Positions 8,381-16,533 of a stretch of DNA of 18,531 nt are shown here, one piece after another. A program made the translations under genes and the position numbers. The stretch comes from Chlamydiota bacterium (lineage in GTDB: Bacteria; Auribacterota; Tritonobacteria; UBA1439): NCBI GenBank assembly GCA_037133055.1, contig JBAXOY010000059.1:1-18531 (forward strand), given 5' to 3'. The notes under the pieces were generated by a model. It worked only from the letters and a program-made list of their open reading frames with translations, was not told the origin of the DNA and searched no databases. Every line of letters starts with the position of its first letter. Within the stretch, counting starts at the first letter, position 1.

Positions 8381-8578
8381 CCGCACTGCGGCGTCGCCGG
8401 AGCCATGCCATGCAGCGCATCTATGGAACGGCGCCGGGGTGTACGATGAGCGGAAGCGACGGCTCACGCCCCCGGCCGCAACGGGAGATTCTTCCCTCGG
8501 GCGCGGGCGCGATGGGCGCCGGCCCCTCCCGGGCGAATCCGCACAACGCAGGGCGCGGACCGGAAAGGATTTATTTCG

Positions 8579-10114
8579 ATGGACAGGCAGATCATCATCA
8601 GCGTCGAGCCCCGCGAGACCCGCGTGGGCATACTGGAGGACGGCAAACTCCAGGAGATTTTGATCGAACGGGCGCAGGAGAAGACGCTCGTCGGCAATGT
8701 CTATAGGGGCGTGGTCCGTAACGTCCTCCCGGCGATCCAGGCCGCATTCGTGGACATCGGCCTCGAACGGAACGGGTTCCTGCACGTCTCGGACATCACC
8801 AACGAGGTGGCGGCCTGCAGGGAGATCGCGGGGGAGGATGTCGAGGACCTCGGTGTCACGGGCAAGGACTCCAATCGGGAGCCGATCGACAAGATGATCC
8901 AGAAGGGCCAGGAGGTCCTGGCCCAGATCATCAAGGAGCCGATCGGCACAAAGGGAGTCCGCATCTCGACCAACATCTCGATCGCCGGCCGCTACCTGGT
9001 GATGATGCCCGGGGCGCAGCAGATCGGGATTTCCCGGCGCATCGAGGATTTTGCCGAGCGCCGCCGTCTCCGGCACATCCTCCGCGACCTGCAGACCCCG
9101 CGCGATGTCGGGTTCATCGTCCGCACCGTGGGACAGGGCGCCTCGAAGGAGGATTTCGAAAAGGACATCCTCTACCTCACCGACCTCTGGCAGGGCATCC
9201 AGAGGCAGATCCCCCACGCCCCCTGCCCCTCGCTCATCCACGAGGAACTCAATCTCGTCCTCCGGGTGCTGCGCGACGCCCTCACCGAGGACGTCTCCAG
9301 AATCGTCGTCGATTCGAAGGACGAATACGCCAACATCACCCGGTTCGTCAACGCCCTGATGCCGAACATGGGGGCGAAGATCGTCTACCACAGCGACCGG
9401 GACCATGTCTTCGACAGCCACGGGATCGAGAAGGAGATCGAGAAGGCGCAGCGACGCAAGGTGTGGCTCAAGTGCGGCGGGTACCTTATCATCGAGCAGA
9501 CCGAGGCGATGGTGGTCATCGACGTGAACAGCGGGCGGTGCCTGAACAAGAACAACATCGACGACACCATCCTCGAGACCAACATGCAGGCCGTTGATGA
9601 GGCGGCGCGCCAGATACGGCTCCGCAACATCGGGGGAATCATCATCATCGACTTCATCGACATGCATTCCCGCAAGCACCAGCGGATGGTCGAGAACGCG
9701 ATGCAGAAGGCGGTGAAGCGGGACAAGGCGAAGACCAACATCTTTCCCCTCTCGCCCCTCGGCATCCTCCAGATGACGCGCGAGAGGGTGAAGGAGAGCC
9801 TGAGCGAAGCCGTGTACGAGGCCTGCCCCTACTGCGGCGGGGGGGGGAAGGTCAAGTCGGCGGTGAGCATGAGCATCGAAGCGCAGCGCCTGGTGAAACT
9901 CGCCCTCCGCGGGACCCGCAGGCTCCGCCGGATGCCGGTTCGCGTGCAGGCGCACCCGAGCGTCTGCCAGCGGCTCGAGCGCGAGGACCACGACGCGGTG
10001 AAGGAGCTCGAGGGGCGCTTCCACGGGACCGTCACGATCGAACCGAAGGCCGATTTCCACATCGAGACGGTGAAGCTCATCAACGAACGGACGGGGAAGC
10101 CCTTGAACGAATAG
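8579..10114 (+). CDS. rng: Ribonuclease E/G family (short RNase G-like form)
   Basis: S1 domain (GNVYRGVV..VLPAIQAAFVDIG), VIDVNSG and IIIDFIDM catalytic Asp motifs, CPYCGG Zn-link; RBS GAAAGGA. Confidence 0.93.
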   Translation: MDRQIIISVEPRETRVGILEDGKLQEILIERAQEKTLVGNVYRGVVRNVLPAIQAAFVDIGLERNGFLHVSDITNEVAACREIAGEDVEDLGVTGKDSNREPIDKMIQKGQEVLAQIIKEPIGTKGVRISTNISIAGRYLVMMPGAQQIGISRRIEDFAERRRLRHILRDLQTPRDVGFIVRTVGQGASKEDFEKDILYLTDLWQGIQRQIPHAPCPSLIHEELNLVLRVLRDALTEDVSRIVVDSKDEYANITRFVNALMPNMGAKIVYHSDRDHVFDSHGIEKEIEKAQRRKVWLKCGGYLIIEQTEAMVVIDVNSGRCLNKNNIDDTILETNMQAVDEAARQIRLRNIGGIIIIDFIDMHSRKHQRMVENAMQKAVKRDKAKTNIFPLSPLGILQMTRERVKESLSEAVYEACPYCGGGGKVKSAVSMSIEAQRLVKLALRGTRRLRRMPVRVQAHPSVCQRLEREDHDAVKELEGRFHGTVTIEPKADFHIETVKLINERTGKPLNE

Positions 10115-10148
10115 CGGCTCAGGAGCCTGTCCGGGGGCATTTGGGTGC

Positions 10149-10178
10149 TTGCGCAGGGCGCACCCGGTCTGCTATACT
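10149..10178 (+). promoter_or_regulatory. sigma70 promoter of the rib operon
   Basis: TTGCGC, 18 nt, TATACT with TG extended -10, 5 nt before the riboswitch 5' end. Confidence 0.7.
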
Positions 10179-10183
10179 GCAGG

Positions 10184-10307
10184 CGATCTTCAGGGCGGGG
10201 TGAAAGACCCCACCGGCGGTAAAGCCCGCAAGTCCGTTCCCCGCGTGGACGGGCCGACCCGGTGAAACTCCGGGGCCGACGGTGACAGTCCGGATGGAAG
10301 AGGATCG
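10184..10307 (+). ncRNA. FMN riboswitch (RFN element)
   Basis: CTTCAGGGCGGGGTGAAA..CCCACCGGCGGT..AGCCCGC...GGTGAAACTCCGGGGCCGACGGT.A.AGTCCGGATGGAAGAG; P1 CGATCTTC/GAGGATCG; lies upstream of ribBA. Confidence 0.97.
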
Positions 10308-10330
10308 AGGGGTGTGTGTCCCCCATCCAG

Positions 10331-10365
10331 TCCTGAAGACCTCCGTCTTCGGGATTTTTTATTTT
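10331..10365 (+). terminator. Intrinsic terminator forming the riboswitch expression platform
   Basis: TCCTGAAGAC-CTCC-GTCTTCGGGA followed by TTTTTTATTTT. Confidence 0.9.
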
Positions 10366-10379
10366 CAGAGGGAACGCGC

Positions 10380-11570
10380 ATGTTGAGCAGCATCGAGGAC
10401 GCGCTTAAGGATATCGCAGCCGGGCGACTCGTCATCGTGACCGATGACGAGGACCGGGAAAACGAGGGCGACTTCGTGATGGCCGCAGAAAAGGCCACCC
10501 CCGAGGCCGTGAACTTTATGGCCACGCACGGGCGGGGGCTTATCTGCGTGTCTGCGCCGGGGGACCGCATCGACGCGTTGAGGCTGAAGCAGATGGTGCA
10601 GAGCAACACCTCCCTTTTCGGCACGCCGTTCACGGAGTCGATCGACTGCATCCACGGGGCGACGACCGGGATCTCCGCGTTTGACCGGGCCGAGACGGTC
10701 CGTGCCTTTGCCGATCCGCGCCGCGGGCCTGACGATTTCGCGCGCCCCGGCCATGTCTTCCCCCTGCGGGCTCGGGACGGCGGGGTGCTCCGCCGCGCGG
10801 GGCACACCGAGGCGAGCGTCGACCTCGCGCGCCTCGCGGGGTTTTACCCCGCGGGGATGCTCTGCGAGATCATGGCGGAAGACGGCAGCATGGCGAAACT
10901 GCCGGCCCTTCTCCGGCTCGCGGAGCGGTTCGGCCTCAAGGTGGTGACGGTCAACGCCCTGATCCGCCACCGGATGACCCGGGAGAAGCAGGTGCAGTGT
11001 ACCGCCCGCACCGCGCTTCCGACGCTGCGGGGACCGTTCGAGCTCCGGCTGTACGAGTGCGTCCTGGACGGCAAACACCACCTGGCGCTGGTGAGGGGAG
11101 AGGTCTCGGGCAAGAGCGACGTGCTCGTACGGGTGCACTCGGAGTGCCTCACCGGCGACGTGTTCGGTTCCCTGCGCTGCGACTGCGGGGAGCAGCTCAA
11201 GCTCTCCCTCCAAAGGATCGCGGAGGAGGGGATCGGCGTGGTCTTGTACATGCGGCAGGAGGGGCGCGGGATAGGCCTGGTGAACAAGCTCAAGGCCTAT
11301 GCGCTCCAGGACGGCGGACTCGATACGGTGGAGGCGAACGAGCACCTGGGGTTCCCCCCTGACCCTAGGGATTACGGGATAGGGGCGCAGATTCTCGCGG
11401 ATCTCGGGCTGAATCGTATACGCCTCCTCACCAACAACCCGAGGAAGATCGTCGGGCTCGAGGGGTACGGGCTGGAGGTGTCGGAGCGCGTCCCCATCAC
11501 GGTGGGGGCCACGGAGCACAACGAGGGCTATCTCAGGACGAAGAAAGAGAAGCTGGGCCATTTGCTATGA
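10380..11570 (+). CDS. ribBA: Bifunctional DHBP synthase / GTP cyclohydrolase II
   Basis: DDEDRENEGD, RPGHVFPL, RAGHTEA; RVHSECLTGDVFGSLRCDCG, QEGRGIGL, LLTNNP; start ATG 10380 after GAGGGA. Confidence 0.97.
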   Translation: MLSSIEDALKDIAAGRLVIVTDDEDRENEGDFVMAAEKATPEAVNFMATHGRGLICVSAPGDRIDALRLKQMVQSNTSLFGTPFTESIDCIHGATTGISAFDRAETVRAFADPRRGPDDFARPGHVFPLRARDGGVLRRAGHTEASVDLARLAGFYPAGMLCEIMAEDGSMAKLPALLRLAERFGLKVVTVNALIRHRMTREKQVQCTARTALPTLRGPFELRLYECVLDGKHHLALVRGEVSGKSDVLVRVHSECLTGDVFGSLRCDCGEQLKLSLQRIAEEGIGVVLYMRQEGRGIGLVNKLKAYALQDGGLDTVEANEHLGFPPDPRDYGIGAQILADLGLNRIRLLTNNPRKIVGLEGYGLEVSERVPITVGATEHNEGYLRTKKEKLGHLL

Positions 11571-11621
11571 TCTGAGATTTCAGATTTCAGATTTGAGATT
11601 TGAGATCTCAGATTTGAGATC
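11569..11621 (+). repeat. 7-bp tandem repeat, consensus GATYTSA, about 7.5 copies
   Basis: GATCTGA GATTTCA GATTTCA GATTTGA GATTTGA GATCTCA GATTTGA GATC, between the ribBA stop and the ribH RBS. Confidence 0.95.
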
Positions 11622-11638
11622 AACGAAAGGAGGTTCAC

Positions 11639-12103
11639 ATGCCCAAGATTCTGCACGGTGACATGGTGAGCAGGGGCAAGCGGTACGCGGTCGTCGTCAG
11701 CCGGTTCAACGAGTTCATCACCTCCAGGCTCCTCGATGGCTGCGTGGACACGCTCCGACGCCACGGGGTGAAGGACGAGGAGATCACGGTCGTGTGGGTC
11801 CCGGGCGCCTTCGAGATCCCCTTCGCGGCCCTGCGGCTTGCGAAAAGCAAGAAGCACGATGCGGTGATATGCCTCGGGGCGGTCATCCGCGGCGCCACGC
11901 CCCATTTCGAATACCTTTGCGCCGAGGTGATCAAGGGGATCGCGGGGGCGGGACTCGAGTCGGGGCTCCCGGTCATCTACGGCGTGATCACCCCGGACAC
12001 GATCGAGCAGGCGATCGAGCGCGCGGGCACCAAGGCCGGCAACAAAGGCAAGGACGCTGCGGAAACGGCCATCGAGATGGCGAACCTGTGCGAGAAGATG
12101 TAA
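11639..12103 (+). CDS. ribH: 6,7-dimethyl-8-ribityllumazine synthase
   Basis: [57 protein letters not shown]. Confidence 0.98.
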   Translation: MPKILHGDMVSRGKRYAVVVSRFNEFITSRLLDGCVDTLRRHGVKDEEITVVWVPGAFEIPFAALRLAKSKKHDAVICLGAVIRGATPHFEYLCAEVIKGIAGAGLESGLPVIYGVITPDTIEQAIERAGTKAGNKGKDAAETAIEMANLCEKM

Positions 12104-12167
12104 CCGGCGCTTCCGCCTTGCGTGCGGAAGAGAAATCCGCGGCGAATGTGGAGCCCGCCGCTGCACA

Positions 12168-12194
12168 GATCTGAGATTTGAGATCTGAGATTGA
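12168..12194 (+). repeat. 7-bp tandem repeat GATYTGA, 3 copies plus partial
   Basis: GATCTGA GATTTGA GATCTGA GATTGA, immediately before the nusB ATG. Confidence 0.9.
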
Positions 12195-12198
12195 ACAT

Positions 12199-12618
12199 AT
12201 GGGAACACGAAGAAAGTCGCGTGAGTATGCGCTCCAGTGCCTCTACCAGATAGAACTTTCCCGCGAAGACCCCGAGCAGGCGCTCAGGCTGTTCTGGGCC
12301 GAGCACCCGGCGGACGCGGAGGTGCGCGAGTACGCGACCGGCCTCGTCAGGGGCACCTGCGCGGACCGCGAGAAGATCGACCTCCTGCTCGCGCGCTGCG
12401 CCCGGAACTGGACGCTCCAGAGAATGGCAGCTGTCGACAGGAACATCCTCAGGCTGGCGGCGTACGAGATGCGCTCCCGCAAAGAGACGCCCCCGGTGGT
12501 GGTCATCAATGAAGCGGTCGACATCGCCAAAAAGTACTCGACGCCGGATTCGGGGGCGTTCGTCAACGGAATACTCGACCGGATCCACAAGGAATCGCCG
12601 TGCGATGAAGAGGCCTGA
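12199..12618 (+). CDS. nusB: Transcription antitermination factor NusB
   Basis: RRKSREYALQCLYQ, NWTLQRMAAVDRNILRLA, VVINEAVDIAKKYS, FVNGILD. Confidence 0.96.
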   Translation: MGTRRKSREYALQCLYQIELSREDPEQALRLFWAEHPADAEVREYATGLVRGTCADREKIDLLLARCARNWTLQRMAAVDRNILRLAAYEMRSRKETPPVVVINEAVDIAKKYSTPDSGAFVNGILDRIHKESPCDEEA

Positions 12619-13717
12619 GGCGCCCGAACAATTCATGCGCCTGGCTCTTGCCCTCGCGCGGCGGGGGAAGGGGTTCACGAGCCCGAACCCCGCGGTCGGC
12701 GCGGTGATCGTCAAGGGCGGGAAGGTCGTGGGCACGGGCTGGCACCGGAGGCCCGGGGCGCCCCACGCGGAGGTCGTCGCCCTGATGAGGGCGGGCCGCG
12801 GTGCGCGCGGAGGCACGCTCTATGTCACCCTGGAGCCCTGCTGCACCTGGGGGCGGACGCCCCCGTGCACCGACGCGATCCTCCGGGCCGGCATCGCGAC
12901 GGTCGTTGTCGCGGCCCGCGACCCCAACCCCCGCCATAACGGCCGGGGACTGCGCCTGCTCCGGCGCCGCGGGCTCGTCGTGAGGGAAGGGCTCCTCGGG
13001 ACTGAGGCCGCCGCGCTCAACGAGGATTTTGCGAAGCACGTCACGACGGGGCTCCCGTTCACCATAGTAAAGTCGGCGATGAGCATCGACGGCAAGATCG
13101 CCGCCGTGGGAGGTCGCGCCCGGTGGATCAGCGGGCCGGCGTCGCGGGCGCGGGCCCACGCACTGCGGATGTACGCCGACGCGGTCCTCGTCGGGAAGAC
13201 CACTGCCGTGCGGGACGATCCGGATCTGACCGCGCGGCCGACGGGCGGGCGCGGCAGGATCCCCTGGAGGGTGATCCTCGACTCCGGGGCGGCTATCCCG
13301 CTCGATGCCCGCGTGCTGAAGCCCGCCGCGGCGGGGAGGACCATCGTGGCGGTGACCGGCCGCGCGCCGCGGGAGCGGATCGCGCGGATCGGGGCCCTCG
13401 GCGCGCGGGTGTTGCGGTGCCCGGCACGTCGGGGAAGGGTGTCGATCCGGGCCCTGTGGCGCCTGCTCGGACGGATGGGGATCATGTCGGTGCTGGTCGA
13501 GGGCGGGGGCGAGACCATCGCCTCGGTGCTCGAGGCGGGGGTCGCCGACCGGTACGTGGCGTTCGTCGCCCCGAAGATCATCGGGGGGAGGGAAGCGCCG
13601 ACGCCCGTGGGGGGCACGGGCGTGAGGAGCATCGCCGACGCGCTGCGGCTTGGGCGCATGGAAGTGACCCGCCTTGGTGAGGATCTCCTGATCGAGGCAC
13701 CCATCCTGCGCCATTGA
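12605..13717 (+). CDS. ribD: Bifunctional pyrimidine deaminase/reductase RibD
   Basis: TSPNPAVG, HAEV, YVTLEPCC..GRTPPC, MSIDGKIA, WISG, VLVEGG; ATG 12605 overlaps the nusB end by 14 nt. Confidence 0.96.
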   Translation: MKRPEAPEQFMRLALALARRGKGFTSPNPAVGAVIVKGGKVVGTGWHRRPGAPHAEVVALMRAGRGARGGTLYVTLEPCCTWGRTPPCTDAILRAGIATVVVAARDPNPRHNGRGLRLLRRRGLVVREGLLGTEAAALNEDFAKHVTTGLPFTIVKSAMSIDGKIAAVGGRARWISGPASRARAHALRMYADAVLVGKTTAVRDDPDLTARPTGGRGRIPWRVILDSGAAIPLDARVLKPAAAGRTIVAVTGRAPRERIARIGALGARVLRCPARRGRVSIRALWRLLGRMGIMSVLVEGGGETIASVLEAGVADRYVAFVAPKIIGGREAPTPVGGTGVRSIADALRLGRMEVTRLGEDLLIEAPILRH

Positions 13718-13801
13718 ACTGGGGCACCTCCTTGCGGGCTCGCAGGGGATGAAATCGTTTTGATCTTCAACGTTTAACTTTCAGCCTTGGGCCGTATTCA
13801 C

Positions 13802-14446
13802 ATGTTTACCGGAATAGTGGAAGAAATCGGCGTCGTCGAAGCGATCGAGTCCACGCCTGCGGGCAGGCGTCTCATGGTCCGGGCGCGCACGGTGCTCTGC
13901 GGCACCGCGCCCGGGGCGAGCATTGCCGTGAACGGCGTCTGCCTTACCGTGGTGCGCTGCGACGAGCCCGACCGGCGGACCGGGCGGGGGCGGTTCGTCG
14001 CCGACGTGCTCCGGAGGACTTGGGACGTGACGAACCTGAGCGCATTGAAGCCCCGCGCGTGTGTGAATCTGGAGCGGGCCCTGCGCGCGGGAGACCGCAT
14101 CGGAGGGCATTTCGTCCTCGGTCACGTCGACGGCACGGGCATCGTCGAAGCGAGACGGACGGAGGGGGGCGACCGGGTGTTCGGCATCGCGGCCGATTCC
14201 GCCCTCGCGGCCGGGCTCGTGCCTCGGGGGTCCATCGCGGTGGACGGCGTGAGTCTCACCATCGCCGTCGCGCGCGGAAGCTTCTTCGAAGTCCATTGCA
14301 TCCCGCACACCCTCGAGCACACCACTCTCGGCAGTCTCATCGCGGGCAGGGCGGTCAACCTGGAAACCGACGTGCTTGGAAAATATGTGCACCTGAGGCT
14401 TGGGGGAGGCATCACCGAGGCCGTTCTCAGGGAAAAGGGATTCTGA
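13802..14446 (+). CDS. ribE: Riboflavin synthase (alpha chain)
   Basis: MFTGIVEE N-terminus, SIAVNGVCLTV, VNLERA, GGHFVLGHVD, GSIAVDGVSLT (named ribC in E. coli). Confidence 0.97.
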   Translation: MFTGIVEEIGVVEAIESTPAGRRLMVRARTVLCGTAPGASIAVNGVCLTVVRCDEPDRRTGRGRFVADVLRRTWDVTNLSALKPRACVNLERALRAGDRIGGHFVLGHVDGTGIVEARRTEGGDRVFGIAADSALAAGLVPRGSIAVDGVSLTIAVARGSFFEVHCIPHTLEHTTLGSLIAGRAVNLETDVLGKYVHLRLGGGITEAVLREKGF

Positions 14447-14522
14447 CAATCAGCGCGCGCGAGCCGCGCATCCCTTCCCTGCCCGACGTATCCGGCGGGT
14501 GCGGCGAAAGCATTAATTGAAC

Positions 14523-14552
14523 TTGCCATTCCTGCGCAACTTCTTATACACT
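14523..14552 (+). promoter_or_regulatory. Putative sigma70 promoter upstream of tonB-like gene and rpsU
   Basis: TTGCCA, 18 nt, TACACT, preceded by the AT-rich ATTAATTGAA in a GC-rich background. Confidence 0.5.
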
Positions 14553-14641
14553 ATGTCCGTCTTGAGGGCCGTGCGCCCGTGCGTCCCCATGCGAGAGGCC
14601 TCGCGGGGGCGGGCGCCGGCGCAGCGAGAATCGGGGACAGG

Positions 14642-15355
14642 GTGGACAGGTTTTTTCTTCTGGGTGTGATTCTCTCCATGGGAATGCACACGGCGGTCAT
14701 CGCGCGCGTGCGCGTCCCCGGGGAGCGTGGGTTCGCGTACGAATCCCCGGCGGGCCTCGATCTCCGCTACGTGGAAACGGTGGAGGTGTCGGGGGAAGTC
14801 CCCCCGCGGTCCGGCGGGGGAGAAGCGCCCGGCGATGTTTTCGCGCAGCCCGGCGGGTCATACGGCGGGGATGCGTCGGTCGCCTATGCCGGAAGGGCGG
14901 CGGATGCGCTCCCGCAGCGTGGACGCGGGGCTGCCGCATCGGCGCGTGCGCGGTTCGCGCCGGCCGCGATGAAGGGGACCGGCGAGGTGTTGAGGGCGTC
15001 GGTGCAGGAAATACTGCAGCCCCTCCTCGCCGAGAATAGTTTGAAGGATGCGGCGTTTTCCGAAGCAGTGCGCCGTTACAAGACCAGGCTCGAGACGATA
15101 CTCGAGAAAGAGAGCAGGATCGCCTACCCGGACCCGGCGAGGGAGAACGGCCGCGAGGCGCGGCTTCAGATCCGTTTCATCCTGTGCCAGGATGGCAGCC
15201 TCGAGTCGGTCGAACTGCCGCCGAGCTGCGGCGGCTTCGAGCGGGAGCTGGTCGCGGGCCTGAAGAAAGCGGCGCGCCATTTTCCTGCATTTCCCGAGGA
15301 GATCAGGTGTTCCCGGCTCACGTTCTGCTGGCCGGTCAGTTTTAACCTTTACTGA
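14642..15355 (+). CDS. Energy transducer TonB-family protein
   Basis: TM anchor FFLLGVILSMGMH with S-x3-H; C-terminal YPDPARENGREARLQIRFIL..DGSL...FPAFP...PVSF; start GTG 14642 or GTG 14579. Confidence 0.7.
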   Translation: MDRFFLLGVILSMGMHTAVIARVRVPGERGFAYESPAGLDLRYVETVEVSGEVPPRSGGGEAPGDVFAQPGGSYGGDASVAYAGRAADALPQRGRGAAASARARFAPAAMKGTGEVLRASVQEILQPLLAENSLKDAAFSEAVRRYKTRLETILEKESRIAYPDPARENGREARLQIRFILCQDGSLESVELPPSCGGFERELVAGLKKAARHFPAFPEEIRCSRLTFCWPVSFNLY

Positions 15356-15373
15356 GGATAAGGAGGATTACAT

Positions 15374-15541
15374 TTGCCGAAGATCATTCTCAGGGCGAAC
15401 GAATCGGTGGAGAAGGCCCTCAAGCGTCTGAAGAAGAAAGTCGATAAAGAGGGCATCATGAAGCAGGTCAAAAAGCACCGCCATTACGAGAAGCCCAGTC
15501 AGAAACGGCGCAGAAAGGCGCAAGAGGCCCTGAGGCGATAG
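15374..15541 (+). CDS. rpsU: 30S ribosomal protein S21 (55 aa)
   Basis: Manual translation from TTG: MPKIILRANESVEKALKRLKKKVDKEGIMKQVKKHRHYEKPSQKRRRKAQEALRR; RBS TAAGGAGG; not in the ORF track. Confidence 0.96.
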   Translation: MPKIILRANESVEKALKRLKKKVDKEGIMKQVKKHRHYEKPSQKRRRKAQEALRR

Positions 15542-15567
15542 CGTCGCGCCGCCTCCCCCCGTGCACC

Positions 15568-16533
15568 ATGTTCGCCTTATCCACTTCGTGGAATGCGGAC
15601 GGAAGATTCACCGCGAGGGGCCTGCTCACCGCGCTTGCGGGCATCGGGCTGCGGGAGATCGAGCTCAGCTACCACTGCACCGCCGCGGAAGTGCGCGAGT
15701 ATGACGCCGGGTGTCGCGCGATGGGGATACGGGTGGTGAGCGTGCACAATTTCTCCCCGGTCCCCGACGCTGCCCCGGCCCGCAGGGCCCGCTCGGAGGC
15801 CCTCCTGCTCTCATCCCCGGATGCAGGCGAACACCGGAGCGCCGTGGAGGCGACGAAGCGGTCGATCGCGACCGCGGCCTCGCTCGGGGCGAAGGTGCTC
15901 ATCGTGCATCTGGGCAGGGTCGAAGTGCCCTCCCGCACGAGGGAGCTCATACGGATGTACCGGGAAGGGCTGAAAACGACGCGGCGCTATCGCGCGCTCA
16001 GCGCACGGATGGCGGCGCAACGCGCGGCGGTCGCGCGGCGGTTTTTCGACAACGCGGTGCGGAGCCTCGATGATCTCTGCGCGGCGGCGGCGGATGCGGG
16101 CGTCGTCCTCGCGGTGGAAAACAGGTTCTACCACAGGGAGGTCCCGTCGTGCGAAGAACTCCGGGAGCTCCTCCGGAGGTTTGACGGGGGGCCCGTGGGC
16201 TACTGGCACGATATCGGACATGCGCAGGTCATGGAGAATCTCGGGTTCTGCCGGCACGAGGAATACCTCGACGCGGCGGGCGGGGCGCTCCGGGGATTTC
16301 ACATCCATGACGTGCTCCTGTGCGAGGATCATCTGCCGCCATCGTGCGGCATGGTCGATTTTTCCCGTTTCACGGGGCGCATGGGGCGCGGGGAGTTGAG
16401 GGTGGTTGAACTCGCGCCGACGCACGGTGTCGCCGCGGTCGAGCGCGGCGTGCGTTTCATGCAGCGGGTGCTCGAGGACAGCGGGGCCGCGCAGGCGGCG
16501 GGGAAGGGTGAGGCGCATGGCGCGAAGGCATAG
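15568..16533 (+). CDS. Sugar phosphate isomerase/epimerase (xylose isomerase-like TIM barrel)
   Basis: VSVHNF, LIVHLG, LAVENR, YWHDIGHA, FHIHD, DHLPP, VVE metal-ligand pattern. Confidence 0.82.
   Translation: MFALSTSWNADGRFTARGLLTALAGIGLREIELSYHCTAAEVREYDAGCRAMGIRVVSVHNFSPVPDAAPARRARSEALLLSSPDAGEHRSAVEATKRSIATAASLGAKVLIVHLGRVEVPSRTRELIRMYREGLKTTRRYRALSARMAAQRAAVARRFFDNAVRSLDDLCAAAADAGVVLAVENRFYHREVPSCEELRELLRRFDGGPVGYWHDIGHAQVMENLGFCRHEEYLDAAGGALRGFHIHDVLLCEDHLPPSCGMVDFSRFTGRMGRGELRVVELAPTHGVAAVERGVRFMQRVLEDSGAAQAAGKGEAHGAKA

Noticed and set aside
8377..8706. 109-aa ORF with ATGA overlap after TIGR03936
   Set aside because: Low-complexity Arg/Gly/Pro product that overlaps rng out of frame, with no recognisable motif
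10314..10379. ORF-track N-terminal extension of ribBA
   Set aside because: Overlaps the riboswitch terminator; the recognisable protein begins at ATG 10380
14447..14520. Terminator or small RNA after ribE
   Set aside because: Only short GC stems, no U-tract and no recognisable RNA motif
16503..16511. Isolated GAAGGGTGA copy as part of the 9-mer family
   Set aside because: Single copy within coding sequence, adequately explained as the RBS for ATG 16517
348..16518. Long minus-strand ORFs (348-1592, 1277-2818, 5227-7098, 8339-10060, 10365-11561, 12563-13714 and others)
   Set aside because: Antisense shadows of recognisable + strand genes in GC-rich DNA, with no family motifs
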